IMG/VR virus record: IMGVR_UViG_2551306162_000001
Coordinates: 30,473 to 94,472 of that record
Source of the DNA: a virus
Lineage: Duplodnaviria > Caudoviricetes
DNA: 64,000 nt
Strand: one strand, 5' to 3'
Shown here: in pieces, positions 1 through 7,535 of the stretch
Layout of the letters: each line of letters starts with the position of its first letter
Position numbering within the stretch: position 1 is the first letter of the stretch
Translations under genes and position numbers: made by a program
The notes under the pieces: generated by a model
Seen by the model: only the letters and a program-made list of their open reading frames with translations
Database searches by the model: none
Told to the model about the DNA's origin: nothing

Positions 1-227
1 ATCGCGTCGAGGCGGGACAGCTCGAGCGCGAGGTACTCCTCCGCGTTCTCGCGGGTGATCGCCGCGACGGCTTGGGTGATGTAGCGGCTCACGGTGGAGC
101 TCGATACGCCGAACTCGGCGGCGATCTCGGATTGCGACTTGCCGGCGAGGCGCATCTGCAGTGCTCGGTCGCGTCGCTCTTGGGTCTCGACGAGCTTCTC
201 GACGGGGACGGTCTTCTTTCGGGCCAT
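1..227 (-). CDS. HTH protein, probable terminase small subunit (partial, runs off window)
   Basis: Manual translation MARKKTVPVEKLVETQERRDRALQMRLAGKSQSEIAAEFGVSSSTVSRYI; HTH; position at end of the accessory arm. Confidence 0.55.
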   Translation of the reverse strand, partial: MARKKTVPVEKLVETQERRDRALQMRLAGKSQSEIAAEFGVSSSTVSRYITQAVAAITRENAEEYLALELSRLDA

Positions 228-443
228 GACTGGCGGGACCTCCAGGGCGCGGCGGGCTCCTGGCCGGACTCGCGTTCTAGGTGGTGGGGACGGCCGCCGC
301 CTGGGCGAGCCGGGAAAGCGGCACCACTCGGGTGCCGGTTGTTGCGTTAACGGGTTGGATCAGTGCCAGCCCGTGGTGGGTGTTGAGCACCCGGTAGGTG
401 CCGGGGATGTCGGTCCGGTAGACGAGGTCACCAGGGGCGATCT

Positions 444-677
444 TCATTTCCACACCTTCGGGAGACGCGCGTACGGGTCGACCCGCTCGGGGAGCAGGTT
501 CAGCAGGTGCGCGGCCGTGATGAGGATGGCGGCGCGCACGAGCAGCGGATGCCGCTCCAGGCCGCGGTCGACGCCTTCGGAGAGCAGTTCGCCCTCGGGC
601 GCGATGATTTCGAGTGCGGTGACGACGCCGGCCAGGGTGAGCCAGAGGTGCCCGGCGCGGATCTGGGAGCGCCGCAC
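444..677 (-). CDS. small actinophage membrane protein
   Basis: Hydrophobic, ELLSEGVDR..HP motif typical of actinophage genes near terminase. Confidence 0.6.
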   Translation of the reverse strand: MRRSQIRAGHLWLTLAGVVTALEIIAPEGELLSEGVDRGLERHPLLVRAAILITAAHLLNLLPERVDPYARLPKVWK

Positions 678-680
678 GGG

Positions 681-965
681 CTATTCCTCTTCGTCGTGGA
701 TGACGATGTCGGGGAAGGTGAGGGCGGCGCGCCTCTGTTCGAGCATGCCGAGCTGTACGTGCGGTGGGACAGCGTCGTCGCGGGTGAACGTGCCCACCGC
801 GGTCCAGATGTCGCCGTCCGCGTCGTAGCCGCGGCGTACCGCGATCACCATGTAGTCGGTGAGCAGTCCGGGCTCGTCGTCGCCGGGATCGTAGGCGCGC
901 CAGACGGTGTCGATCGCGTCGGTCAGGGCGTCGTCGGCGGCCTGCTGTTCAGGGGTTCGTGGCAT
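681..965 (-). CDS. hypothetical protein
   Basis: Tightly packed ORF, GC3 bias. Confidence 0.55.
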   Translation of the reverse strand: MPRTPEQQAADDALTDAIDTVWRAYDPGDDEPGLLTDYMVIAVRRGYDADGDIWTAVGTFTRDDAVPPHVQLGMLEQRRAALTFPDIVIHDEEE

Positions 966-1182
966 CGGCGGCCCACCTCAGCTTGTCGGGCGAGTAGCCG
1001 GACCAGTGGATGTCACCGACCACGACCACCGGGGTCTGCAGGTAGCCGAGTTCCCGGACAGCGGCGGCCGCGTCCGGGTCCTCGGTGACGTCGATCAGCG
1101 TGTACTCGGCCCCGAGCTGCTCCAGCTTCTTCTTCGTAGCGTTGCAGGGCTGGCAGTCGGGCTTGGTGTACACGGTGATCAA
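949..1182 (-). CDS. nrdH: NrdH-like glutaredoxin
   Basis: VYTKPDCQPC, TPVVV, HWSGY motifs. Confidence 0.9.
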   Translation of the reverse strand: MITVYTKPDCQPCNATKKKLEQLGAEYTLIDVTEDPDAAAAVRELGYLQTPVVVVGDIHWSGYSPDKLRWAADATNP

Positions 1183-1361
1183 GATTCGGTCAGTTCCTTA
1201 TTCAGTTGGTCGATTTCGGCCTCGGCGGCGGCCTGTGCCTCGGCAAGCGCTCGCTGCGCCCGCGCAAGGCGTAGCTCCGCGTCCAGCAGGCTGAACTGCG
1301 CGCTCTGCAGCGCCAGGGCGGCCTCGGCCGCCTCACGTTCGGGCGCGTCGAAGTAGCTCAC
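1179..1361 (-). CDS. hypothetical coiled-coil protein
   Basis: 4-bp overlap with nrdH. Confidence 0.5.
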   Translation of the reverse strand: MSYFDAPEREAAEAALALQSAQFSLLDAELRLARAQRALAEAQAAAEAEIDQLNKELTES

Positions 1362-1373
1362 GATGGCTCCAGC

Positions 1374-2051
1374 TCAGTAGATCTCGCGGTACCAGACGCC
1401 CCGCGCGTAGTTCGCGTACGACCAGGGGTTGAGGTCGTAGTTGCCGTGGACGCCGGTGTGCAGGTAGCCGTGCGGGCCCGCGTCCTCGTTGCACACCCAG
1501 TCGCCGGCGTTGCACACCGTCAAGACCGGGAAGTCGCCGAAGTCGGCGTCGGTGCCCGCGGCGCCAGCGAAGATCCCGATCAGCTCGGCGGGACCGGCGA
1601 GGGGGTTGCCGGCGAGGCCGTCGCCGCCGGGTCCAGCCGCGCGCTTGGGGTCGGAGACGAGGATCGCGGTGGCGTTGGGGACGTCCTTGTGCTGGGAGAC
1701 CCAGACGTGGACGACCGCGGCGCCGCCGGAGTGGCCGAGGATCTTGATGTGGGAGCCGGGGCAGCGGCCGCGGTATTCCCAGAACAGCCGATTCAACTCG
1801 CGGACGCCGTCGTTGATGCTGATGCTGTTGTAGCCGACGGGCTGGTCCGAGGGGATGTACAGGGAGGGCTGGCCGAGGTTCGGCGGGAAGGTTTCCAGGT
1901 CGATCTGGAAGCCGCCGACGCCGAACGCGAACGTGTCCGGGCAGCCGCCGGGGCCGTCGGCGCTGGCCGCTGGTGCGGCGAGCAGGCTCGCGGTGATGGT
2001 GGACGCGGTCAGCGCGACAGCAGCGAGCAGCCGGGTGAGGGTGTGGATCAT
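1374..2051 (-). CDS. secreted cutinase/PE-PPE-like serine hydrolase
   Basis: Signal peptide (APAASA), GHSGG nucleophile elbow, C..GDWVC, distal His. Confidence 0.75.
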   Translation of the reverse strand: MIHTLTRLLAAVALTASTITASLLAAPAASADGPGGCPDTFAFGVGGFQIDLETFPPNLGQPSLYIPSDQPVGYNSISINDGVRELNRLFWEYRGRCPGSHIKILGHSGGAAVVHVWVSQHKDVPNATAILVSDPKRAAGPGGDGLAGNPLAGPAELIGIFAGAAGTDADFGDFPVLTVCNAGDWVCNEDAGPHGYLHTGVHGNYDLNPWSYANYARGVWYREIY

Positions 2052-2364
2052 GGGGGCCTCCTGGCCTGGTGAAGCTGGGCCCGCCGGACTCCTAGGTAGC
2101 GGGAATGGTCCGGCGGGCGGGCCGCGGCGCGCTGTGCGCTGGCTCGCGGCCCCGCCACCTAGAGGCCCTGCGGCGCGCGCGGCGTGAGATCAGCGCGGCG
2201 GCCCCGAGTGCGGGAATGGGGCACGAGGGTGGTGGCGAAATCTGGGGTACTCGAGTACGGTCGTGGTAGACGCCCCCGCGAACGTTCACGTTGGCCGCCT
2301 CTTCGCTGAATGCGGTCTTGCCTCTGCCCCTCCGGGTTACGCGAGCGGGGGCTTCGCCATACCC

Positions 2365-2712
2365 TCAGGCGGCCGTGTCGAACGGCGAGCCGAAATCCTG
2401 TACACGCTGCGGGAATAGGTCTGCGGACCAGTCAGCGGTCAAGTGCAGCTTCTCCCGGCCGTTGACAACCGTCGGCATCTCGACCGAGAACCCGGCCAGC
2501 GCAGCAGACCATCGAGTGCCCGACTGGTCCATCGTCAGGTACATGCGGAAGTCGCTCTTGGTGCGGCCGTGGTCGATGATCGCTCGCGCGGGCGCCGAGC
2601 CGACAGGCATGGTCACGAACGACTCGCCGTCGGCGAAGGTGTGTACGAGGTTGAAGTCCTTGTCCCACAGCTTGACTTGGCGGCCGTCGCACGCAGTCAA
2701 GGCATCACACAT
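2365..2712 (-). CDS. hypothetical protein (resembles N-terminus of actinophage minor tail proteins)
   Basis: VKLWDKDFNL motif; resemblance from memory only. Confidence 0.4.
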   Translation of the reverse strand: MCDALTACDGRQVKLWDKDFNLVHTFADGESFVTMPVGSAPARAIIDHGRTKSDFRMYLTMDQSGTRWSAALAGFSVEMPTVVNGREKLHLTADWSADLFPQRVQDFGSPFDTAA

Positions 2713-2962
2713 CGTCGTCCTCCAGCCGGGTTTTGCGGCTGACCTTCACGAGGCGGGCGAAGACGGTGAGTGTGACCTGCACGGCTTGGTTGGCGCCGAT
2801 CGTCATCTCGTGGACGGTGACAGGGGCTTCGCGCGGCACCAGGACGGGTTTCCCGTTGATGCGGACTTCGCGGGGGACGATGATACCTGCGGCGCCGGAC
2901 CGGTCGTCGCTGTCGGTGTACTCGATGACTTCGATGTCGCAGCAATCGGGGATGTCGGCCAT
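2705..2962 (-). CDS. hypothetical protein
   Basis: RBS GGAG before MADIPDCC. Confidence 0.5.
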   Translation of the reverse strand: MADIPDCCDIEVIEYTDSDDRSGAAGIIVPREVRINGKPVLVPREAPVTVHEMTIGANQAVQVTLTVFARLVKVSRKTRLEDDDV

Positions 2963-2991
2963 TCGGGTCTCCTGGTCTGTACGATCGCCGC

Positions 2992-3387
2992 GTGAAGAAG
3001 GGCTCCGATGCCGACTGGCTGCGGCGACTGGGGGAAATCGTTGTTGCGCACCGAGAATCGCTTGGAATCTCAAACCGTCACGAGTTCGCGCACCTGACCG
3101 GCCTTTCCTACCGGCTTCTCGGCGACCTTGAGCGCGGCCGCCGCGCGCTTCATCCGGCCACCTACGCGGTCCTTGAGAACGCGTTGGACTGGACTCCGGG
3201 CAGCGTGGACCGGATCGCGGATGGCAAGGACCCGGTTCGGCTTGTCCGGGTAGAAGCGCATGGTGACGAGGTGACCGTGATGTTGCAGTCGGTTCCTGAC
3301 GAGGTGTTGATGGCTGAGCTAGGTCGTCGTTTGGCCGTGCGGCGGCAGATCGGGCTCCACGGTCGCGACGTCGAGTTCACCGGGTAG
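2992..3387 (+). CDS. XRE-type HTH DNA-binding protein
   Basis: RESLGISNRHEFAHLTGLSYRLLGDLERG..LDWTPGS; TACGAT-N6-GTG leaderless start. Confidence 0.75.
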   Translation: MKKGSDADWLRRLGEIVVAHRESLGISNRHEFAHLTGLSYRLLGDLERGRRALHPATYAVLENALDWTPGSVDRIADGKDPVRLVRVEAHGDEVTVMLQSVPDEVLMAELGRRLAVRRQIGLHGRDVEFTG

Positions 3388-3775
3388 GTAGCGCCGACAG
3401 CCGCAGTCCGGGCCGCCTTTCGGGCACGCGCGGTCCAGCACCTCGGCGGGATCCTCGTATTCGTCTGCCCAGCGCAGCAGCGCGCGCTTCTCGCGGGTGC
3501 GCTGCGTTTGCTTGTCCGGCTGGTCGCCGCAGCCCTCGACGCAGCCGAAGCACTTGTGCATGTGCCCAGTGCCGCGGCCGTACACGAGCGGACGAGCGCC
3601 AGTCGCGCCGAGCATCCGAGCCACCGCGGCTAGACGCTGTGGGCGTCGTAGGCGAGCAGGACGTCCGGGTGCAGCGGATCGAGCACTCGGTCGATCTCGG
3701 AAACGAACCCGTCGACGTGGTCGGAATCCTCCAGACCGAAGTGGATGCCGATCGCCTCCGCGACGCACCGCACCG

Positions 3776-4024
3776 TTACTCCAGGTGCTTCTTCACGGTT
3801 CCAGATGTTCTCCACCAAGGTCCTTCCGGGGTCTCGCATGCGGCGTCATGACACCTGCACGGCAAACCGTCGAGGATGCATGGGACATTGATGTCCGCAT
3901 CATCCGGGTAGCCGTGCTCGTCGCGCCAGGCCGCGGTCGCGCGCTTCTCGCGTCGACGGACGGCACTGTGCGTCGGCGGGCGGCAGCAGCCAGCCGAGCA
4001 GTTCGGGTGAACCATCATCGCCAC
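3776..4024 (-). CDS. hypothetical Cys-rich protein
   Basis: ORF with Cys clusters. Confidence 0.4.
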   Translation of the reverse strand: MAMMVHPNCSAGCCRPPTHSAVRRREKRATAAWRDEHGYPDDADINVPCILDGLPCRCHDAACETPEGPWWRTSGTVKKHLE

Positions 4025-4119
4025 GGAGCACCGCCAGATACATCTGAAAAAGAAACCCGCAGCTCAGTGGCCGAATCCGGCCGACCGGCGGATTACATCT
4101 GAAAAAGGGACCGCGCCGG

Positions 4120-4434
4120 CTACAGGCGCCCCCCGCGCGTCTTCGTCGTCAGGTGCCATGCCATGCAACGGCACTGGTACACCCTTCGCGCTGGGTTACC
4201 GCCGCCCGGCGGAATCTTCCACGTGCGGCCCTTGGCCTGCATCGCGGCCTCCCGCGTCGGGAAGGACCGCTTCTCAGGATGAGGGCACAAGTCGCGGTTC
4301 TGCTCGCGGGCATGGTTCGCGGCCTTCTCTTCGGTCTTGCCACGGGTGTGTCCCGTCCACGACTTGCCGCACGAGCAGGTCACGATGTAGTCATGCTGTC
4401 CGCGCTTCTCCAGCGTGTACGTGTGCGGCTCCAC
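4120..4434 (-). CDS. Zn-binding phage protein (paralog of 19931-20260)
   Basis: CSCG...CP.P.K...RVYQCRC..WHLT. Confidence 0.65.
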   Translation of the reverse strand: MEPHTYTLEKRGQHDYIVTCSCGKSWTGHTRGKTEEKAANHAREQNRDLCPHPEKRSFPTREAAMQAKGRTWKIPPGGGNPARRVYQCRCMAWHLTTKTRGGRL

Positions 4435-4561
4435 GCGGCCAGGATACCTAGGTGGGGAGCTGTATCGTGGTCCCCGTCTTCCACAGACCGGGCCTACCTA
4501 CGGGCAAGGCGTCCCGGCTCTTTCATGACCGACCGGCTTCTACAGTCGTCCCGCCATATTG

Positions 4562-4641
4562 TCCGGCCGGATGGAGTCGAACCACCAATGCCCGAAGACA
4601 GCTGATTTACAGTCAGCCTGCACCACCAGGTGCACGACCGG
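4562..4641 (-). tRNA. tRNA-Tyr(GUA)
   Basis: Anticodon arm GCTGA-CTGTAAA-TCAGC, long variable arm, GGTTCGACTCC T-arm. Confidence 0.9.
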
Positions 4642-4642
4642 T

Positions 4643-4683
4643 TGGGGTGACCGGTGGGCCTCGACCACTTCGGCTTCGGCCAC
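4643..4683 (-). pseudogene. internally deleted tRNA-His-like remnant (acceptor stem + D arm + C73-CCA)
   Basis: GTGGCCG-AAGCCGAAGTGGTCGAGGC-CCAC-CGGTCAC-C-CCA. Confidence 0.6.
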
Positions 4684-4685
4684 AG

Positions 4686-4758
4686 TCGATCCAGGAGGAG
4701 TCGAACCTCCGACACACGCCGTATCAGGGCGCTGCTCTAACCACTGAGCTACAGACCG
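4686..4758 (-). tRNA. tRNA-Ile(GAU)
   Basis: TAGCTCAGTGGTTAGAGC D arm, loop CTGATAC, GGTTCGACTCC. Confidence 0.88.
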
Positions 4759-4801
4759 TGGGATAGCCCGGCTGCCCTTGCGGGGAGGTCGGGCCATTGC
4801 G

Positions 4802-4874
4802 GGCCTCCGCCAGGCTTCGAACCCGGAACCTGCCGATTACGAAACGGCTGCTCTGCCAGTTGAGCTACGGAGGC
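4802..4874 (-). tRNA. tRNA-Thr(CGU)
   Basis: GCCTCCG/CGGAGGC acceptor, loop TTCGTAA. Confidence 0.88.
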
Positions 4875-4879
4875 GTATG

Positions 4880-4954
4880 TCTGCCCGGCGCGACTCGAAC
4901 GCGCGATTTCCTGCACCCAAGGCAGGCGGGATGGCCAAACTTCCCTACGGGCGG
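4880..4954 (-). tRNA. tRNA-Pro(UGG)
   Basis: CCTGC-CTTGGGT-GCAGG anticodon arm, GTTCGAGTC T loop. Confidence 0.85.
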
Positions 4955-4960
4955 ATGTTG

Positions 4961-5034
4961 ATGCGGTGGCGGGATTCGAACCCGCGACTCTGGCTTATGA
5001 GACCAGCGAGGTAACCGAGCTGCTCCACACCGCA
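4961..5034 (-). tRNA. tRNA-Met(CAU), fMet-like D arm
   Basis: GGAGCAGCTCGGT D arm, loop CTCATAA, GGTTCGAATCC. Confidence 0.88.
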
Positions 5035-5220
5035 ATGTATTCGCCGCGAGGTCCTGTTACCGCTGCCGCAGGTTCCGCGAATTCTCCCGGTCGCTACTCG
5101 GGAGCCGTATTGCGCGGTCCCCGCAGCCTCGCCGTCCGGCGAGTAATCTGCGGGGCCACTTCCGACCACATCCGCGAACGGGTCGGCTACAGATTCAACG
5201 ATACGGCCGCGGTCAAACCG
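5035..5220 (-). ncRNA. candidate structured ncRNA (~185 nt)
   Basis: At least 5 nested helices, no credible ORF, abuts tRNA-Met 5' end. Confidence 0.55.
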
Positions 5221-5222
5221 TT

Positions 5223-5468
5223 TCAGGAGAGTCCGATCGGGTCGCCGAGCACTGCGCCGTCCGTGTGCCGAAGCGGCCAGAATGTCTGTGGGTTGCCGTG
5301 CTCGTCCATGAACAGGATCCACTTGGTCCCGTCGCCGCGGATGCCTTCGATCCAGCCGGTGTGGGCCTGGAACTGCTCGCGGGACACCTCGTTGCCGGCG
5401 GCGTCGCAGTGGATGCGGGTGGCGATGGCCTCGGCGGGCTTGTAGCGGCCGATGGTGATGTTATGCAT
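5223..5468 (-). CDS. hypothetical protein within tRNA array
   Basis: RBS GGAG, MHNITIGRYK... Confidence 0.6.
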   Translation of the reverse strand: MHNITIGRYKPAEAIATRIHCDAAGNEVSREQFQAHTGWIEGIRGDGTKWILFMDEHGNPQTFWPLRHTDGAVLGDPIGLS

Positions 5469-5517
5469 GGATGCTCCGGTGTGTTGTGCTGGAACATCCA
5501 TCCAGCGAGGGTGTGGG

Positions 5518-5742
5518 TCAGACGCGCGGCGGCCAGTTCCAGTGGCCCGGCGTGGGGGTTTCCGCGAACGGGACGCGTTCCTTGTGGCTGGTGCCGTTGC
5601 GGTAGATGACGAACAGGTCCACGGTGTCGTCGCCGTAGACGTGGGTGACCTTCGCCGCGACCGGCTCGGGCAGGTGTTCGCCGCCGGGCGTGCCGAACGT
5701 CTGATAGTGGACGTCGCGGCTGATGGACGGTTTCTGGCTCAT
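5518..5742 (-). CDS. hypothetical protein within tRNA array
   Basis: KPSISRDVHY...WNWPPRV, a familiar phage small-protein pattern. Confidence 0.7.
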   Translation of the reverse strand: MSQKPSISRDVHYQTFGTPGGEHLPEPVAAKVTHVYGDDTVDLFVIYRNGTSHKERVPFAETPTPGHWNWPPRV

Positions 5743-5743
5743 G

Positions 5744-5817
5744 TGCCCCCCGAGAGATTCGAACTCCCAACATCCTGATCCTAAGTCAGGCGCCTCTGCC
5801 AGTTGGGCCAGAGGGGC
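5744..5817 (-). tRNA. tRNA-Leu(UAG), short variable loop
   Basis: CCTGA-CTTAGGA-TCAGG, GTTCGAATC, A73. Confidence 0.88.
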
Positions 5818-5904
5818 GGGCCCGGCCGAGTTTCGCTTCATTGAGAGGCGTAGCCGGGGTGCTACTACCCGGAGAAGCGTGTACACGTTCCGAGGTTCGC
5901 TTTG

Positions 5905-5976
5905 CCAGGACGGGGAGAATCGAACTCCCGACACGCGGGTTTGGAATCCGCTGCTCTGCCACTGAGCTACATCCCA
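5905..5976 (-). tRNA. tRNA-Trp(CCA)
   Basis: Loop TTCCAAA, G73. Confidence 0.88.
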
Positions 5977-6340
5977 ATGTGACGGACGCTGGCTGTTTCT
6001 AGTACTGCGCCAGTCGTTTACAGGCACCCATCCGTCCAGGGGCCGCCCGTCGTCGTCACCGCGGCGGGGAGTGCGTGCCCCTGTTGCCCCGGCGACTCCC
6101 TGTCGCCGGACCGCGAAGTTAGTGGGTGGGGAGTTTCCTAGGCTCCGACCGGGGCATGGACCGTAAGGCATGTAGTCCCCGGTGCTGCGACTTGCCCGCT
6201 GAGGCATCGGTTTCCGGCCGCTAAGCCTTCCCTCAGGCACTTGCCCGTCGGGTTGCCGACATCGCACACATTCGCGGCCCGGTCACGCATTAGCCGCTCA
6301 CTCTGTCACCACCAGCGTCGGCCGCTAAACCGACGCTTTG
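5977..6340 (-). ncRNA. candidate large ornate ncRNA (~360 nt)
   Basis: More than 10 helices incl. long-range pairings; fills the whole gap between two tRNAs. Confidence 0.65.
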
Positions 6341-6413
6341 TGCCCCCCGCGCGATTCGAACGCGCATCTACGGCTGTTTGAAGGCCGCGCCTCTGCCGTT
6401 GGGCCAGAAGGGC
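6341..6413 (-). tRNA. tRNA-Leu(CAA), short variable loop
   Basis: Body paralogous to Leu(UAG); loop TTCAAAC with C31-A39 mismatch. Confidence 0.8.
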
Positions 6414-6417
6414 AAAT

Positions 6418-6494
6418 GTCCCCGCGCCCTGGAATTGAACCAGGTCCCTGACGCATCTTTCAGCGACCGCTCTACCGGTGAGCTAGCCGGGGAC
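6418..6494 (-). tRNA. atypical tRNA-like RNA (8-nt loop UGAAAGAU, extended bulged acceptor)
   Basis: Canonical D arm GCTC-ACCGGTA-GAGC and T arm CCTGG-TTCAATT-CCAGG; aberrant anticodon arm. Confidence 0.6.
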
Positions 6495-6632
6495 TATTCA
6501 GTTTTTGCCATGAGGGCTGTCGCCTGGTCGGGTCGCCGACTGGATTTTGAGACAGCTCACGCAGGGATAAAGATATCGGGCAGAATCCGAGAAACCGACG
6601 CACCAGATAACGATTCGGTAACGATGAATTCC

Positions 6633-6669
6633 ACGCCAACTATAGTTGCGCTACGCCAACTTTAGTTGC
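6633..6669. promoter_or_regulatory. tandem palindromic boxes upstream of tRNA operon
   Basis: ACGCCAACTATAGTTGC and ACGCCAACTTTAGTTGC, 20 bp apart. Confidence 0.5.
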
Positions 6670-6693
6670 CGCCACCCCCGACGCCGAGGCTGG

Positions 6694-6957
6694 TCACGAC
6701 GTCACCTCCTCGGTGAGCTGCGCATCGAGGTACGCCTTCGCCCGCAGGATCAGCAAGGTGAGCGTGTCCAGCAGCGACCGCACCAACAGCAGGTCCCCGC
6801 GCGCCGTCGCGTTCTCGACCGCCGTCCCGTACCGGTGGATATCGGCCAGCACCGCGGCGCGCTGCCCGGCCGTCGGGTGATGCCACAGCCGATGGTCGGC
6901 CAGCCGCTCGGTCGTCGAGTCGCCGAGCAGGGTGTTGCAGTCCGGGCAGTAGTACAT
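6694..6957 (-). CDS. hypothetical Zn-finger protein
   Basis: YCPDC...H..WH. Confidence 0.55.
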   Translation of the reverse strand: MYYCPDCNTLLGDSTTERLADHRLWHHPTAGQRAAVLADIHRYGTAVENATARGDLLLVRSLLDTLTLLILRAKAYLDAQLTEEVTS

Positions 6958-6959
6958 AA

Positions 6960-7535
6960 TCAGCTCCACAACTCGGGCATGATGTCGACGAAGTCGTGGC
7001 GGGCCTGTCGAATGCGTTCGTTGTAGGCCGCGGTGCGTTCACGGAGCGCTTCATGCACCGCCTCCTCCTCCGGTGTCTGCGGAATCATCCGACGAAGGCC
7101 GTTCGGAAGCACTTCCCAGTAGTCCTCACTGGTCCGGCCCGGCGGGTACAGGATCGCCAACTCGGCGTCGGTGAAGCGCGGAGGCTCTTCTGACAGGCGG
7201 TCGACCAACTCCTGATAGTGGGCACGGCGCTCGGGCGGGCACTGCACGACGGAGTGGTCCATGTGGTAGCGCAGCGACGCGATCGCGAGATCATTGAAGC
7301 TCGCATCGAACTCGTCAAGGATCCAGTCGAGCGACATCGGCGGCAGGCCGGTCAGCTCACGGTATGTCTTGCCGCGGCCGTGGAGTTCGATGTCCCACCG
7401 CCACAGCGGGATGCACCACACATGCTCAGTCAACCGGCCGCGCGAGTGAGACCACCGCGACCCCGTCGACCACTCCGGATAGTGCGTCTGAATCGACATC
7501 CACCCGAGACGCGGGATGCTCAGCGACTTGTACAT
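6960..7535 (-). CDS. hypothetical protein
   Basis: Operonic packing. Confidence 0.6.
   Translation of the reverse strand: MYKSLSIPRLGWMSIQTHYPEWSTGSRWSHSRGRLTEHVWCIPLWRWDIELHGRGKTYRELTGLPPMSLDWILDEFDASFNDLAIASLRYHMDHSVVQCPPERRAHYQELVDRLSEEPPRFTDAELAILYPPGRTSEDYWEVLPNGLRRMIPQTPEEEAVHEALRERTAAYNERIRQARHDFVDIMPELWS

Noticed and set aside
4039-4107. Mini CRISPR array
   Set aside because: Two 14-bp copies only and no cas genes
4441-4560. HDV-like (theta) or twister ribozyme after tRNA-Tyr
   Set aside because: I could not fit the nested double-pseudoknot or catalytic core by eye
5101-5200. Group II intron domain V look-alike (GAGCCGTAT)
   Set aside because: On the strand opposite the operon and lacks the rest of D5/D6
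5743-6267. N-terminal extension of the 249-aa ORF across the tRNAs
   Set aside because: Overlaps two tRNAs and the structured RNA; only the last 74 codons look coding
5977-6340. tmRNA or RNase P RNA
   Set aside because: No tRNA-like ends or tag ORF; no GAGGAAAGUCC or other RNase P conserved regions
6341-6413. Opal suppressor tRNA (UCA)
   Set aside because: Alignment with the paralogous Leu(UAG) body centres CAA in a 7-nt loop
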